Shown here: positions 1 to 10,307 of the stretch, one piece after another
Position numbering within the stretch: position 1 is the first letter of the stretch
Layout of the letters: each line of letters begins with the position of its first letter
From: an uncultured virus (IMG/VR IMGVR_UViG_3300025000_000094)
Taxonomy: Duplodnaviria > Heunggongvirae > Uroviricota > Caudoviricetes
IMG/VR virus record: IMGVR_UViG_3300025000_000094
Direction: 5' to 3' (one strand)
Length of the DNA: 64,000 nt
Program-made: the position numbers and the translations under genes
The notes under the pieces: model-generated
What the model saw: only the letters and a program-made list of their open reading frames with translations
Told to the model about the DNA's origin: nothing
Databases searched by the model: none

Positions 1-2922
1 CTGTTTTCCCGAAAGAGCCGTAGTAACGGTAGACAAATCTACAGCAGAAGTTGGGACATGAACCACAGTCAGTGCGGTGGCCCCCGTAACATCTCCTGTG
101 TGGGTGGCATTAGTAACAAGACCACTATATTGTGTGTTGGTGGAGTTGTCCCCAGTATTTGTTCCAGATAGATTGGAGGCAGATATGGCCCCAGAGAAAA
201 CTGCCGTAGAGCCGCTTATCCCGTAGTTGGCGGTTATGGTTTTGGTGGACACATGGGAACCGAGGTTGTCACCTGCATTGATGCCAGTTAAAGCGGAGCC
301 GTCACCGTAATATTTAGTGGCAGTTACAGATGAAAGAGAAACAATGCTACCTTGTGTCCATTGGTTGCCGTAGGTTTTCAAGGAGTAGTCGTCTGGGTAA
401 ATCCCACCAGCAAGACCGTTTATCCCCATATTCCCATCATTAGCATTGATGTATATCTTGGGGGTAAAAGTTGTCCCAGTATGAGTACCAAATCTAAATT
501 GTCCACCCCCAACTACCGCAAGTTCCATATCGTAAAAAGGGGCTCTCCGTTTACGCCTAACAAAATTGTCGCCATCGTAGAATTTATAAGAGAAATCGTC
601 TGTGGCAGATGTGCTCCATAGTTTTACACTTTGTGGTCCTTGCAGAGTTTCAGCATCTGTAGTTGTGGCTCCGATAGCTACTGAGGTCATAGTTGTATAT
701 AGCACATCTCCTGCGCCAAGCACCCAACTACCAGCCGCACCAGCCGACTCCAATAATGAGCCATCATTAAACCGTATGCCAGAACCAGTGCCGTAAACAT
801 GGACCTCTGAATCCCTAACGTGAATATCACTTTGCGTCCTCAATCCATTTGCATCAAACGCAACTGAATTTCCAAGTATAACATCGCACAGCGGTCCACA
901 ACTAGAGGCATCTCCACCGCCAGTTATCCATATCGGATTTGTTGCCGTAAATGCAGTAGTTGAATCGTTGGCTATAAAAGATGAGCCAACATAAAACCTA
1001 GAGGCAGACATGCTGGAAGTGGTAGTAATATACGAGTTAGAGGTCAACCCACCCGTCATTGTATCTCCAGCTTTCAATACATAATTACTCCCTACTAAAA
1101 TAGGGAATGTTGACGGCGCTACTAAATAATCAGAAGTTTTAACCACATAGAACGTAGCTGGATTAGAAAGGTAATCAGATGTTTTTACCACATAAAATGT
1201 AGCAGGGGCCTGAAGAACCTCATCGTAATCAGGTTTAGCGTTAAGCGTGGAGCCAACCCAATCGTAAGAGGCAAACCCACCTGCGACATCGTAAGGATGC
1301 CCAGAAGCGGGCATAGTTAGGTCAGTGAGCGCATTATGAGAGGTAGCCACATACGTTCCAGATGGAAGATTTGAGATTGACCTCAAATCCTCTGTTTCAA
1401 CATATCTAGTGCCAACAGAAACAGTGTTCTGTAGGATAACACGATAAAGTATCTTCATCTCTGCAAACGGGAGTGTGCCAAGAGCAAGGGATTCATACTT
1501 ATTGTTCTCTCTGGCCTCAGCAATAGTTGTGTCTTCCCTCTGACCAATAAGTGAAACAATGGGCTGGTATGGGTCATTGGTTGCGAATATCCATACCGCA
1601 ACATATTTGTTGAGAGCGGCATCAGCCAAGGCGTTTACGTTGTTATAGCGTAGATTGGCCCCATTAACTAAATAGTAAGAAGTCTGGGCCGTGAGAAATT
1701 CAAAGTCAGCGGCCCCATTCTTGTAAAGAACCGCACAAGACGACGGAGCAACTATCGTATGCTCTATATCCTCGTCGTCAATCTTGCCACCTGTCATTGT
1801 AAAAGCGGTGTCGTCAAATACAGCAGTTAAACCTGATTCATACCTAACACCCACGCTGTGGTGAAGATACATATGGGTATCTCCGTCCATCTTCATGCCG
1901 TGGCGTTCATCACCGAGAAGACCTTTGTTAATGGTTGTGTTCCAGTATACAGAAGCTACCGTAGGAACAAAGAAGCCGGGGAATCCGTTGGTTGATAACG
2001 TCCCAGTAGCGTTATACCAAATGTAATGAAGCCCAGTGGTGTCTGCTATGGTTATGGAGGAAGTGGGTTTGGTTGTCCCAACTCCGTCTATGTAGATACC
2101 GTGGTCCCCTGTTATAGTGAATGTAAGGTTGGCATCGTTAAAAGATATGACGGCGTTTCTATCCACAAACCCTGTGGGGTCTCCCGATGTGGAATACAAT
2201 AATTTATGCGTCTGGTTATACCCAGTAGTTGAGGATATGTCGCCCCAGTATTCAGATGCTGATATTGAATCCACTAATATTGAGGATGCAGATACCAATT
2301 TTACTCCCGTAATTGAACCGGGGTTCACGAAGGCTATAGAGGAGCCACTCATGGTTAACTGGCCCGTCATTGTGTCGCCAGTTGTTTTTACATAAACCCC
2401 AGAATAGGGGTCAGTTGGTAGATTTGCAACAGGAACTTTGCCGGCGGTGTCAAGCTTTAAAAGTTTACTTGCTACGTTAAAAGTGTTCCCCTGTAAGGTT
2501 ACAGATGAAGTGTTAAGGGCCAAAGGAGAAGCGAGAGTACCATTTCCGGTAAACTGAAAGGCATTTGCCGATATTGCGGAAGAACCAACACCCGCCGACG
2601 TTTGACAACTGCCATCTGCGAAACATATTCCATATGAGCCACCAGTAGTAGAAGATAAAAATATGCTTGTGTCTACTATAGCTATTCTCTTATCATACTG
2701 ATTAACGCAAAACATTGGGCTAAATATACATTGCTGATATTCATTGGGAACCTCACCATCTGAAAGTAAATCCTTATTGTCAACCAAGTCCCTAAAGTTT
2801 TGGTTTACAGCTCCAATGTCCTGAGTTTTATCCGAAGTGGTGGTATAAAAAGGTACATCCTGCCCCATTACAGAGCAGGATAATGACGCTATAAGAAGTA
2901 TTAAGGATGTAATTTTTCCCAT
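1..2922 (-). CDS. Tail fibre / receptor-binding protein with N-terminal signal peptide (truncated by window edge)
   Basis: Absent from the ORF track because it runs off the edge. Read by hand: ATG at 2922, MGKITSLILLIASLSCSVMG-QDVPFY..., no stop in the stretches checked (1-1620 and about 2400-2922). S/T/G-rich, with YV(L/K)xxGDTMTG fibre motifs, SSVTLQGNTFN and VDLSTVTTALSGKQ. Confidence 0.8.
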   Translation of the reverse strand, partial: MGKITSLILLIASLSCSVMGQDVPFYTTTSDKTQDIGAVNQNFRDLVDNKDLLSDGEVPNEYQQCIFSPMFCVNQYDKRIAIVDTSIFLSSTTGGSYGICFADGSCQTSAGVGSSAISANAFQFTGNGTLASPLALNTSSVTLQGNTFNVASKLLKLDTAGKVPVANLPTDPYSGVYVKTTGDTMTGQLTMSGSSIAFVNPGSITGVKLVSASSILVDSISASEYWGDISSTTGYNQTHKLLYSTSGDPTGFVDRNAVISFNDANLTFTITGDHGIYIDGVGTTKPTSSITIADTTGLHYIWYNATGTLSTNGFPGFFVPTVASVYWNTTINKGLLGDERHGMKMDGDTHMYLHHSVGVRYESGLTAVFDDTAFTMTGGKIDDEDIEHTIVAPSSCAVLYKNGAADFEFLTAQTSYYLVNGANLRYNNVNALADAALNKYVAVWIFATNDPYQPIVSLIGQREDTTIAEARENNKYESLALGTLPFAEMKILYRVILQNTVSVGTRYVETEDLRSISNLPSGTYVATSHNALTDLTMPASGHPYDVAGGFASYDWVGSTLNAKPDYDEVLQAPATFYVVKTSDYLSNPATFYVVKTSDYLVAPSTFPILVGSNYVLKAGDTMTGGLTSNSYITTTSSMSASRFYVGSSFIANDSTTAFTATNPIWITGGGDASSCGPLCDVILGNSVAFDANGLRTQSDIHVRDSEVHVYGTGSGIRFNDGSLLESAGAAGSWVLGAGDVLYTTMTSVAIGATTTDAETLQGPQSVKLWSTSATDDFSYKFYDGDNFVRRKRRAPFYDMELAVVGGGQFRFGTHTGTTFTPKIYINANDGNMGINGLAGGIYPDDYSLKTYGNQWTQGSIVSLSSVTATKYYGDGSALTGINAGDNLGSHVSTKTITANYGISGSTAVFSGAISASNLSGTNTGDNSTNTQYSGLVTNATHTGDVTGATALTVVHVPTSAVDLSTVTTALSGKQ

Positions 2923-5879
2923 TGTTCTAAAACTCTATCAAGTTGCTCTTCCATCTGCCTCTCTGCAACTTCCATTTGATGTCTGCCAGCCTCAGTGTTT
3001 TCGTCTATGCCTTGGTCTCTAGCAGACTTCAATAATATATTTTTTGCGTCCTTTAGTCCAGCTTTTAAATCACTTACATCCATTTTTATTAACACGGATT
3101 CCTGAATTGGCTGAATACTAAGACCAAGAAAAACATCCAGTACAGCAAAAGGAACGCTTTTTGACGCGCCATAATATCCAGCCTTTTTAGCATTTATAGC
3201 TATAGCCAAAGATTCAGGTAGCACATTGGCAGAATACATCGCATCACCAAGTTTCTTGGCTTGATAACCAACTGAGTCTATGTTTTCTTCACCAGAAGTA
3301 CCAAAAGGTATAGGGTTAAGAGGCGGAGCGAAATCTCTCCAAATCTTAGCGCCTATTTGTAAAGGCACACTTTTGCCTTCTTTATAGACTTCTTTGCCGG
3401 AGAACATCTCCTTATTAAAGGCAATCTCCCCAGCTATTTTAACAACGCCTCCAGGCTGGATTGCAGAAGGTATATCAGATTTGCCCTGTGTTACTTCTTT
3501 TGCGTAATCATGATAATCAGCCCAAGGGATTATGCTCCTTAACGACATCCACATAGGGTCGCCATTCTCGTCTCTTTCAGGCATTAAAACTCCGATGCCC
3601 TTTTTAGACTTAATATACTTAAGGTCAGTTTCGTTCATTCCAATTGCTTGTGCAGATTGGTTATTAACTGCGTCTATAAACATGTTGTATTTATACAGTT
3701 TAAACGGATTTTTAAGTGCCGCTTCTGCAATCCTAGGAGTTGATTTCACGGCAAATGTTATAAATGGGATATTGTATACAGGGTTATCCCTAAAGAACTC
3801 CGTAGCTTTAGATACCTTATTGTAGTTAAATAGCCACTTCTCAGCCTCAGCAGCAGCCTCAAGTTGAGTTTTCCCACTCCTAACTTCGTGCATGTATTTG
3901 GCTATCTTAAATATTTCTTCCTCTGTTGCATATACATTACCGGCTGTTTCGTACATCCCTCTCCAGCCTTTAGATACTTTCTGACCAATGTTCATTCCAG
4001 AGAACTCATTGGTAGGAGGGAGGAATATATCAAGTTCTTTCTTAGAGAACCCAGAGCCTATAAGGTTATGCTGAACTGCCTCTTTGTAAATAGGCCCTTT
4101 CTTGAGAACTTGGTCAAGAGCCTCATTAAGTAACCCAGGAGTCTTATACAGAGGAACACCAGATAGGTCTAATAGTATGGAATTTGAAATTATGTTCCTA
4201 GCATGGGTAGCAGGAGAGAATAATATCTTATTAGCTTTCCATATCTTATTAGCTCTGCTTATAAACTTGTACACTCCATGTGCATTTGTTGTGTTCTGAT
4301 TGAGAGATACGATATCTTCAGCTATCTCTTTCCTAACCCACTTGCCTGATATGGCCCCAAATTTCTTGTCTTTCGGAATAGCCACCCAGTCTTCACCCAT
4401 TATGCCTTTAGGTTTAGCTACCCAATTGGGGTTCTCAGCTATTTCTCCAAAAAAGCGAAGATTCATGGCGGCTTCGCCAGTTTGCTGAACATGCTTGGTA
4501 GCAAGATACGCAGGGGTTTCTATGACTTTTCTGGCTTGTTGCTGGGCTATATCCAAGTCACCTTTCTTACGTAATGAATTTAACCAGCCAGTAGCGGGTT
4601 TCTTAAACGGCCCTTTCTTAGCAACTTCTCTACCCAAATCGGAAAGAATTTTATTCTGCTCTCTTTTCCCTAAAGCAGCAAAAGCGGTCACTTGGTCGTC
4701 TGTGTAACTGGCATGGTTCTTGAGGAAATCACCAACTTCCTCAATAGTTCCCATTGCATTTTCAAGACTCATCTTTCCAGAACGTATCTTATCCCTTAGT
4801 TGAGGGTTCTCAAATATTTCATACAACCTAGGAAGGTATTTTCCACGGTTATTCATTATTGTTTCAGCTGTCTTTTCACTTATAAACTTAGATTTTAGTC
4901 CTTCTTTTACAAATGTTTCAGACACTTCATCAACAATGCTCCTGGCCTTTTTTATATCAGAAAAGAACTTAGACGGGTCTTCTATGCCAAACTGCTTTTT
5001 AAAGTCAGTAGTCATTAAAGACATTCTCTCTATCTCATCAGCAGAGAACTTGCCTTCCATTATCTCTTTAGCAAACTTTTGAGCCTCTGGAGTAAGGCCA
5101 TCGTGTAAAAGATGTCCAGTATCGGAGCCTAAAGAAAGAAACCCCTTTACATCGCGCAGTTTCTTTTCTGCAAGTTCTATATACTCTTGCTTGTTAGGTA
5201 AACCAAATTTGTATGTAAATGGTTTCCTAATCCACTTGGGTATCTTCCCAGCCATGTAATCAATCGTAGCATCCATAGCGGGAACAAGAGTCTCTTTACC
5301 AAGTTGACTCTTCCCTACCATTGATACGCCTTTTCCGTAACCCATAGTACCTAAGCTAATAGGGTCTGCTAACATGCCTGTAAATTCAGCGGCAACTCCA
5401 GGAATCTCCCTGCCAATATTTAACACCATATTAGCAGAAACAGACTTTGTTTTAGCTTCATCCCAACCTATTTTATCTTGTACTGAGTGTACAGTATTAA
5501 CCAATTCATCGGTTATAACTTCTGAAGGTATAGAGGCATAGTCATATAAGTCTTTAAAAGGGCTCCATAATCCAGTAGGAGTCCTGCCTTGTATTTCAGA
5601 AAACTTATTTTCAGCTTCACCAAGCATCTTACGAAGTTTTCCTGTTAACGTATGGTCGTCTTCAAATTGAGCCAAAGGGTCTTGGTCAAATTGGGCAAGA
5701 GGGTCTTTATCCTCAAATTGTTCAAGAGGGTCAGACTGTTGCTCAGGTAAAGGAGAAGCAACCCCACCAGTGGGAGCCATTTGAGGAGTCTGTATTTGGG
5801 GGGGCTGTACAACTTTAGGAGTAGGAGGTTTTACAAGGTTCTCTACCTTGGCAACCTTATTTTCTTGTGATTCTGGCAT
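2901..5879 (-). CDS. Large internal virion (DNA ejection) protein, putative
   Basis: 992 aa, helical, N-terminal DPLAQF repeats, WLFNY...PFITF motif; follows the nozzle and small ejection proteins as in podoviruses. Confidence 0.6.
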   Translation of the reverse strand: MPESQENKVAKVENLVKPPTPKVVQPPQIQTPQMAPTGGVASPLPEQQSDPLEQFEDKDPLAQFDQDPLAQFEDDHTLTGKLRKMLGEAENKFSEIQGRTPTGLWSPFKDLYDYASIPSEVITDELVNTVHSVQDKIGWDEAKTKSVSANMVLNIGREIPGVAAEFTGMLADPISLGTMGYGKGVSMVGKSQLGKETLVPAMDATIDYMAGKIPKWIRKPFTYKFGLPNKQEYIELAEKKLRDVKGFLSLGSDTGHLLHDGLTPEAQKFAKEIMEGKFSADEIERMSLMTTDFKKQFGIEDPSKFFSDIKKARSIVDEVSETFVKEGLKSKFISEKTAETIMNNRGKYLPRLYEIFENPQLRDKIRSGKMSLENAMGTIEEVGDFLKNHASYTDDQVTAFAALGKREQNKILSDLGREVAKKGPFKKPATGWLNSLRKKGDLDIAQQQARKVIETPAYLATKHVQQTGEAAMNLRFFGEIAENPNWVAKPKGIMGEDWVAIPKDKKFGAISGKWVRKEIAEDIVSLNQNTTNAHGVYKFISRANKIWKANKILFSPATHARNIISNSILLDLSGVPLYKTPGLLNEALDQVLKKGPIYKEAVQHNLIGSGFSKKELDIFLPPTNEFSGMNIGQKVSKGWRGMYETAGNVYATEEEIFKIAKYMHEVRSGKTQLEAAAEAEKWLFNYNKVSKATEFFRDNPVYNIPFITFAVKSTPRIAEAALKNPFKLYKYNMFIDAVNNQSAQAIGMNETDLKYIKSKKGIGVLMPERDENGDPMWMSLRSIIPWADYHDYAKEVTQGKSDIPSAIQPGGVVKIAGEIAFNKEMFSGKEVYKEGKSVPLQIGAKIWRDFAPPLNPIPFGTSGEENIDSVGYQAKKLGDAMYSANVLPESLAIAINAKKAGYYGASKSVPFAVLDVFLGLSIQPIQESVLIKMDVSDLKAGLKDAKNILLKSARDQGIDENTEAGRHQMEVAERQMEEQLDRVLEQWEKLHP

Positions 5880-5880
5880 T

Positions 5881-6722
5881 CTACTCGCCTCTTATTTTTT
5901 TGACTTCTATTTCGGCCTGTGCATCGGTAAGTTCGGGCTTAACTTTCTTTATAGCTTTTATTGCCCTATTTATATCAGGAGTGCTTTTAATGGCATCAAA
6001 ATAGCTAACATCACTATTAGGAACCATAGTAGTTTGAAGGAGTTTAGTGAAATTAGCATCTAAATCGGCTTGTCTTTGAGGCACTTCTACTTTTGGTTTC
6101 GTTGTAGTAGCACCAAGAACCTTTTTAGACATCTCACCGGCCTTCTCTACGGCCTTCCTGGCCTCTCCTGTTGGCACAGCGGACAGCAACGCCTCTACTG
6201 ACTTTCCTTTAGCTGATAAAGCAGTTTTAATCCTATTTATTTCAGTCTCTACGCTGTTTATAGTCGGAGGAGCCTTCCTGTCTATTTTATACTCAGGAGC
6301 ATCAGGGTTCTCGTCTTTATCATATGCGTTACGAAGAGCCTCAAGACCTTTCATAAGCATTTCATCCGCAGGAAGATTGTACTTTGTCCCAGCTCCACCA
6401 CCAGAAGACTTCCTCTCTTCCTCAGGAATCCAGCGTTTAATAGCAAGACGTTTCGACTCTCCCGGTTTAAGAGTCTTTAAAACTTCAGGGTCAAGTTCAA
6501 GATAACCTTTTTCAATTAAATCAGATATTTGAGCTTCATCCGTGTCTGCGACTTTTTGTTCTCTAAGTTTTTTATCTGTTATTTCTTTATTTTTCCTATC
6601 AATATATTTACCACCAACAGAACCTAAAGTTGAAATAAGTTCTGCACCTATATTTGGCTTTTGCTGTTGAAGTTCAAGAACTTCTCTTGAGGATATCTAG
6701 CTTTAGGTATATATTCGGGCAT
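5881..6722 (-). CDS. Putative internal virion protein, apparently frameshifted near 6684
   Basis: Track ORF 5881-6360 stays open upstream to about 6696. ATG at 6722, just after the upstream stop, is in another frame and stops after 24 codons. Confidence 0.55.
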
Positions 6723-6724
6723 AA

Positions 6725-7378
6725 TTATCCTTCAGACTTTTTAGAAAATAAAGCATTACCTATCATTCCACCGACAGGCCCACCCATTATCCCACCACCA
6801 ATAGACCCAGCCGCACCTATAACAGAGGATAGTATGCTGGTTTTGCTGTTTTCTTTCATCTGTTTCTTAGCAAGAGCAAGTTGCTGTTCCATCATCTGAA
6901 TCTCTCTCTGTTGTGAAAGCTCTTGTCCTATGGCTTGAGCAAGGTTATTATACATCTGAGAATTTGACTGTATGTCCATCCCATACGCTTGCATTATATA
7001 CTGGGCCATCGTCTCTGACTGTTGCTGTGCAAGTTTACCAACAAGTTCAGCCTGTTGCTGTGTAGCGGTCTGTCTAGCTCCAGCCATACCAGCGGCCTCT
7101 ATATCAGAACCCCTCATCCCTCTAGCCCCAGCGTCACTCTGAGCCATAGCCGCCGCTTGTTCTCCACTTTGCTTAATAGCCGCAAGCTGAGGAGCAACAT
7201 TTTGAGAAGTCTGAGCAAACTGAGACTGAACGTATGGTAAAGCAGAAGTCATGCTCTGAGCTGTACTCATTTTTATTAAATCGAATATATTTTTAGAAGA
7301 AACATCAGTTTGAACATTCTGGTTCCCAGCCATTTTTACTTGAGGCAAACCGGGGACGCCTCCTGTACCTTCCGCCAT
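6725..7378 (-). CDS. Small internal virion / pilot (ejection) protein, putative
   Basis: Q/A/M-rich 217 aa with a Gly-rich C-terminal hydrophobic stretch (GAAGSIGGGIMGGPVGG); podovirus ejection-protein position. Confidence 0.6.
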   Translation of the reverse strand: MAEGTGGVPGLPQVKMAGNQNVQTDVSSKNIFDLIKMSTAQSMTSALPYVQSQFAQTSQNVAPQLAAIKQSGEQAAAMAQSDAGARGMRGSDIEAAGMAGARQTATQQQAELVGKLAQQQSETMAQYIMQAYGMDIQSNSQMYNNLAQAIGQELSQQREIQMMEQQLALAKKQMKENSKTSILSSVIGAAGSIGGGIMGGPVGGMIGNALFSKKSEG

Positions 7379-7380
7379 AG

Positions 7381-10305
7381 TTATTCCATCCTTATCGGTG
7401 AGTATATGGCCTTTATACCGTACAAATTAATAGGCCCTTGCGTACCGTCGTAAGAAATATCAAAATTTATCCAATTGAACGTCGAGGCTTGTTCGTTAAT
7501 AGCAGGGAACTTGGCTACGAAATATCCCGTCTCCACAGCCTCATTTAAATCAACACTGTTTAGTGTGTACTGCGTCGTGCTTCCGTTAATTGAATATTTT
7601 ACATTAATATCGATGTTTTGTCCAGTAACTTCTTCAGACTTTAACATTAGGTATACACGCTTAAGTTTCTTTTTTTCAACAGGATTACCGAAATCATAAT
7701 CTGAAGTCTTTATGTGGAAACTAAAGCTACTGCCATCATCATCTATGCCGATATCTTGTAGATGCATGTGCCCTGTATCACGACTGTCTCCAGTATATAA
7801 CTGGTTGTCATATATTACAGCTGAATAGGCATAAACATCGTCTATTGTGGACCAAATGTTATTCATGTCTAAAACTACGGCTTTGTCGTTTACAGACCCA
7901 GCGGCAGTATTTGTGGTATAGAACATGTAATACCTATCACGGTATACCGCAGAGGCTACCGGAGGACGCTCAGACCCTTCGTTCCACTCTACTGTAAGTC
8001 CATCAAGTCTAAGAGTATCTGTTGTTGTAACGGGAGTTTCAAAGACTCTTACGCCAAGATAATTGGAAGTTGAAGTAGCTATCGGAGCATTAGCATTTTG
8101 GGTAATCCATGTAGCAGTAGACCTAGTAACTTGGTTGCACGAGCTACCACCGTTTATGGCGTAGGATATATTTGAGCCGCCAGTTAGAATAGAATTTGGC
8201 CTAAAGTTACCCCAAGATGTTATCCCAGAGGAATTAATGCAATCACCTATATAATAGCCAGTCGTTGTTGCCTCAAGGTAAGTCATATTAACCACAGGGG
8301 TCTGGGTGCTATAAGAGGTTTCAAGACTGATTTTCTCTTGCCAGTATCTTTTTATAAGAGGCACACGAAACTCCCCACTGGTGGTTGTCGATACATTCAC
8401 CCAATCGGACCAAGTAGGAAGCGTTGTTGTTGAGGACTCCCGTACTTGGTAGGTTACAGTAGACCCAACTGGTACATATTCATCAAAGTAATATGGTCCA
8501 CCTATCGGAGTAGATAAATAAGTATCGAATACTGGAGAAACCCAATTTGAAGAATTTGAATATTCAGGGAATTTTATGTTATCAAAAGATATTGTATCAA
8601 CTCCACCACCATACCCTATTCCGACTCCAAAGTAAGGAGCAGAACTATATTCAGTATCAGTCATGCTGCATACTAGAGTATTATTTATAAAATAACTTAT
8701 AATACCACTTTTGTTAATTACTAATCTAGCATAAATTGGAGAAGAGTAACTAAGACCAGTATTTGAGCAACTTGTTTGTCCCAAAGAAGACCCATTTTTA
8801 AATTTTGATATCCCAGCAGATGTTCCTACTGAGCTAAAAGAATACGAATACCCATTTTTCAAAGAATAAATTGGTCCATATGAGTTTGATGTAATTGTGA
8901 AATCTCGTATTACTGCATTGCTTGCACTAAAAGAAACTCCTGGCGTAGTCCAAGAAATAGTGGTGTCATATACTCCATAGAATTCTCCATTATCTATATT
9001 TGCGAATATCCCTATAGAATAAGTACATTTTGCAGAGTTTGATACAATAGAGCAACCACCAAACGGAGAAATGCTTGTCTGAGTCCAAGTAGATGTTAGC
9101 ACTCCATAGCTAAAATCAGCAAATAATCTTGATGTTGTAGTTGATTTTCCAATTAATATGCTACCGTCTATTGTTGTAGAATCAATATTAATTAAAGTCC
9201 CATTATTCCAATCTGAAGCTTCTGTATTAACATGGCCCCAAGTAGAAGGAACCACCGAACCGGGGTATATAGTTGTAGAAGTAGGACCCTGATTAGGCAG
9301 CTGAGTCTGGTATAACCCAGTCTCCCATTCAGCTTGCGTGTCGTAGGTCTTGGAACGTGTGTTACCAGCAGACCGTATAACGCCATCGATAATGGTTCTG
9401 ACAGGGTCTGAGGCCCTTTCGGTCGTTGTGCCGCACCTTCGCTCAATACCGCGGTTTGAAAGCCATACAAGGCAATTATCCTTCTCTCTTACACTACGGC
9501 TGTCTTTTACGCCAATTTGGGATGAAATCTGCCTTAAAACAAAGTCTCTCCTATCGTTACCTGAAAGAGCCCAAAGTTCATCCTCTAGGCCAATGTGGTA
9601 CGCATTTTGATACTGGCCCATTAAAGCTATGACTTTTTTACCGTTTTCAAGACCAGAAATTGAAATAGAAGAAGGAGAAGTAGATACTCCAGGAATTTTA
9701 AGCGTCCAATCTGTACCATCACCCTCACCGGAAAGACGTATTCTGGAAGGTTCTCCGCTGATATCGGCAACCATTACCCTGTTTCTAAATGTGCCAATCT
9801 TGGTCCCCATAGGAATATTGGGTTGCAACGTGAAAGTACTAACTGTGGTTGAGAAAGGTACATCTATGCCATTAACACACCAAAGTTGACCAAGTGTCTG
9901 AACGCACTCATATTCAGCGGAAGCGTTAAGGTTATCTAACCCAACAATAGGATTACAGTCACCTTGGTTTTTTGTCCAAAAGAAAGACTGGCTAGAGAAT
10001 AAAACGATGTACCTTTGCCCGTCAACTGCATTATAGTTCCACATGCCCTTAATGGCTTTTTCGTCAGTGCAAGGAGTAGCGTTATACTCGCCATACCCAC
10101 GCCTACGATAGACAGAAAGGTCTTCGTCAAAATAGACGTTGTTAGCTGTTTGGAGGCACTCAGGAGGGATAGCATTAGAGGCCCAGCGGGTTACTAGTCC
10201 GCAGTTCCTAAACGGGGGGTAATTATATTCTTTTTCGTCTTGCGAAAGGTTCTGTCCAAAACAAACAGAAGGCCATAACGCAAGGGCTATTATGAGCCTT
10301 TTCAT
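7381..10305 (-). CDS. Tail nozzle / packaged-DNA stabilization protein (P22 gp10 / T7 gp12-like) with signal peptide and central insertion
   Basis: N-terminal ANNVYFDEDLSVYRRRG and C-terminal IKTSDYDFGNPVEKKKLKRVY motifs typical of podovirus nozzle proteins; MKRLIIALALWPSVCFG leader. Confidence 0.7.
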   Translation of the reverse strand: MKRLIIALALWPSVCFGQNLSQDEKEYNYPPFRNCGLVTRWASNAIPPECLQTANNVYFDEDLSVYRRRGYGEYNATPCTDEKAIKGMWNYNAVDGQRYIVLFSSQSFFWTKNQGDCNPIVGLDNLNASAEYECVQTLGQLWCVNGIDVPFSTTVSTFTLQPNIPMGTKIGTFRNRVMVADISGEPSRIRLSGEGDGTDWTLKIPGVSTSPSSISISGLENGKKVIALMGQYQNAYHIGLEDELWALSGNDRRDFVLRQISSQIGVKDSRSVREKDNCLVWLSNRGIERRCGTTTERASDPVRTIIDGVIRSAGNTRSKTYDTQAEWETGLYQTQLPNQGPTSTTIYPGSVVPSTWGHVNTEASDWNNGTLINIDSTTIDGSILIGKSTTTSRLFADFSYGVLTSTWTQTSISPFGGCSIVSNSAKCTYSIGIFANIDNGEFYGVYDTTISWTTPGVSFSASNAVIRDFTITSNSYGPIYSLKNGYSYSFSSVGTSAGISKFKNGSSLGQTSCSNTGLSYSSPIYARLVINKSGIISYFINNTLVCSMTDTEYSSAPYFGVGIGYGGGVDTISFDNIKFPEYSNSSNWVSPVFDTYLSTPIGGPYYFDEYVPVGSTVTYQVRESSTTTLPTWSDWVNVSTTTSGEFRVPLIKRYWQEKISLETSYSTQTPVVNMTYLEATTTGYYIGDCINSSGITSWGNFRPNSILTGGSNISYAINGGSSCNQVTRSTATWITQNANAPIATSTSNYLGVRVFETPVTTTDTLRLDGLTVEWNEGSERPPVASAVYRDRYYMFYTTNTAAGSVNDKAVVLDMNNIWSTIDDVYAYSAVIYDNQLYTGDSRDTGHMHLQDIGIDDDGSSFSFHIKTSDYDFGNPVEKKKLKRVYLMLKSEEVTGQNIDINVKYSINGSTTQYTLNSVDLNEAVETGYFVAKFPAINEQASTFNWINFDISYDGTQGPINLYGIKAIYSPIRME

Positions 10306-10307
10306 GG

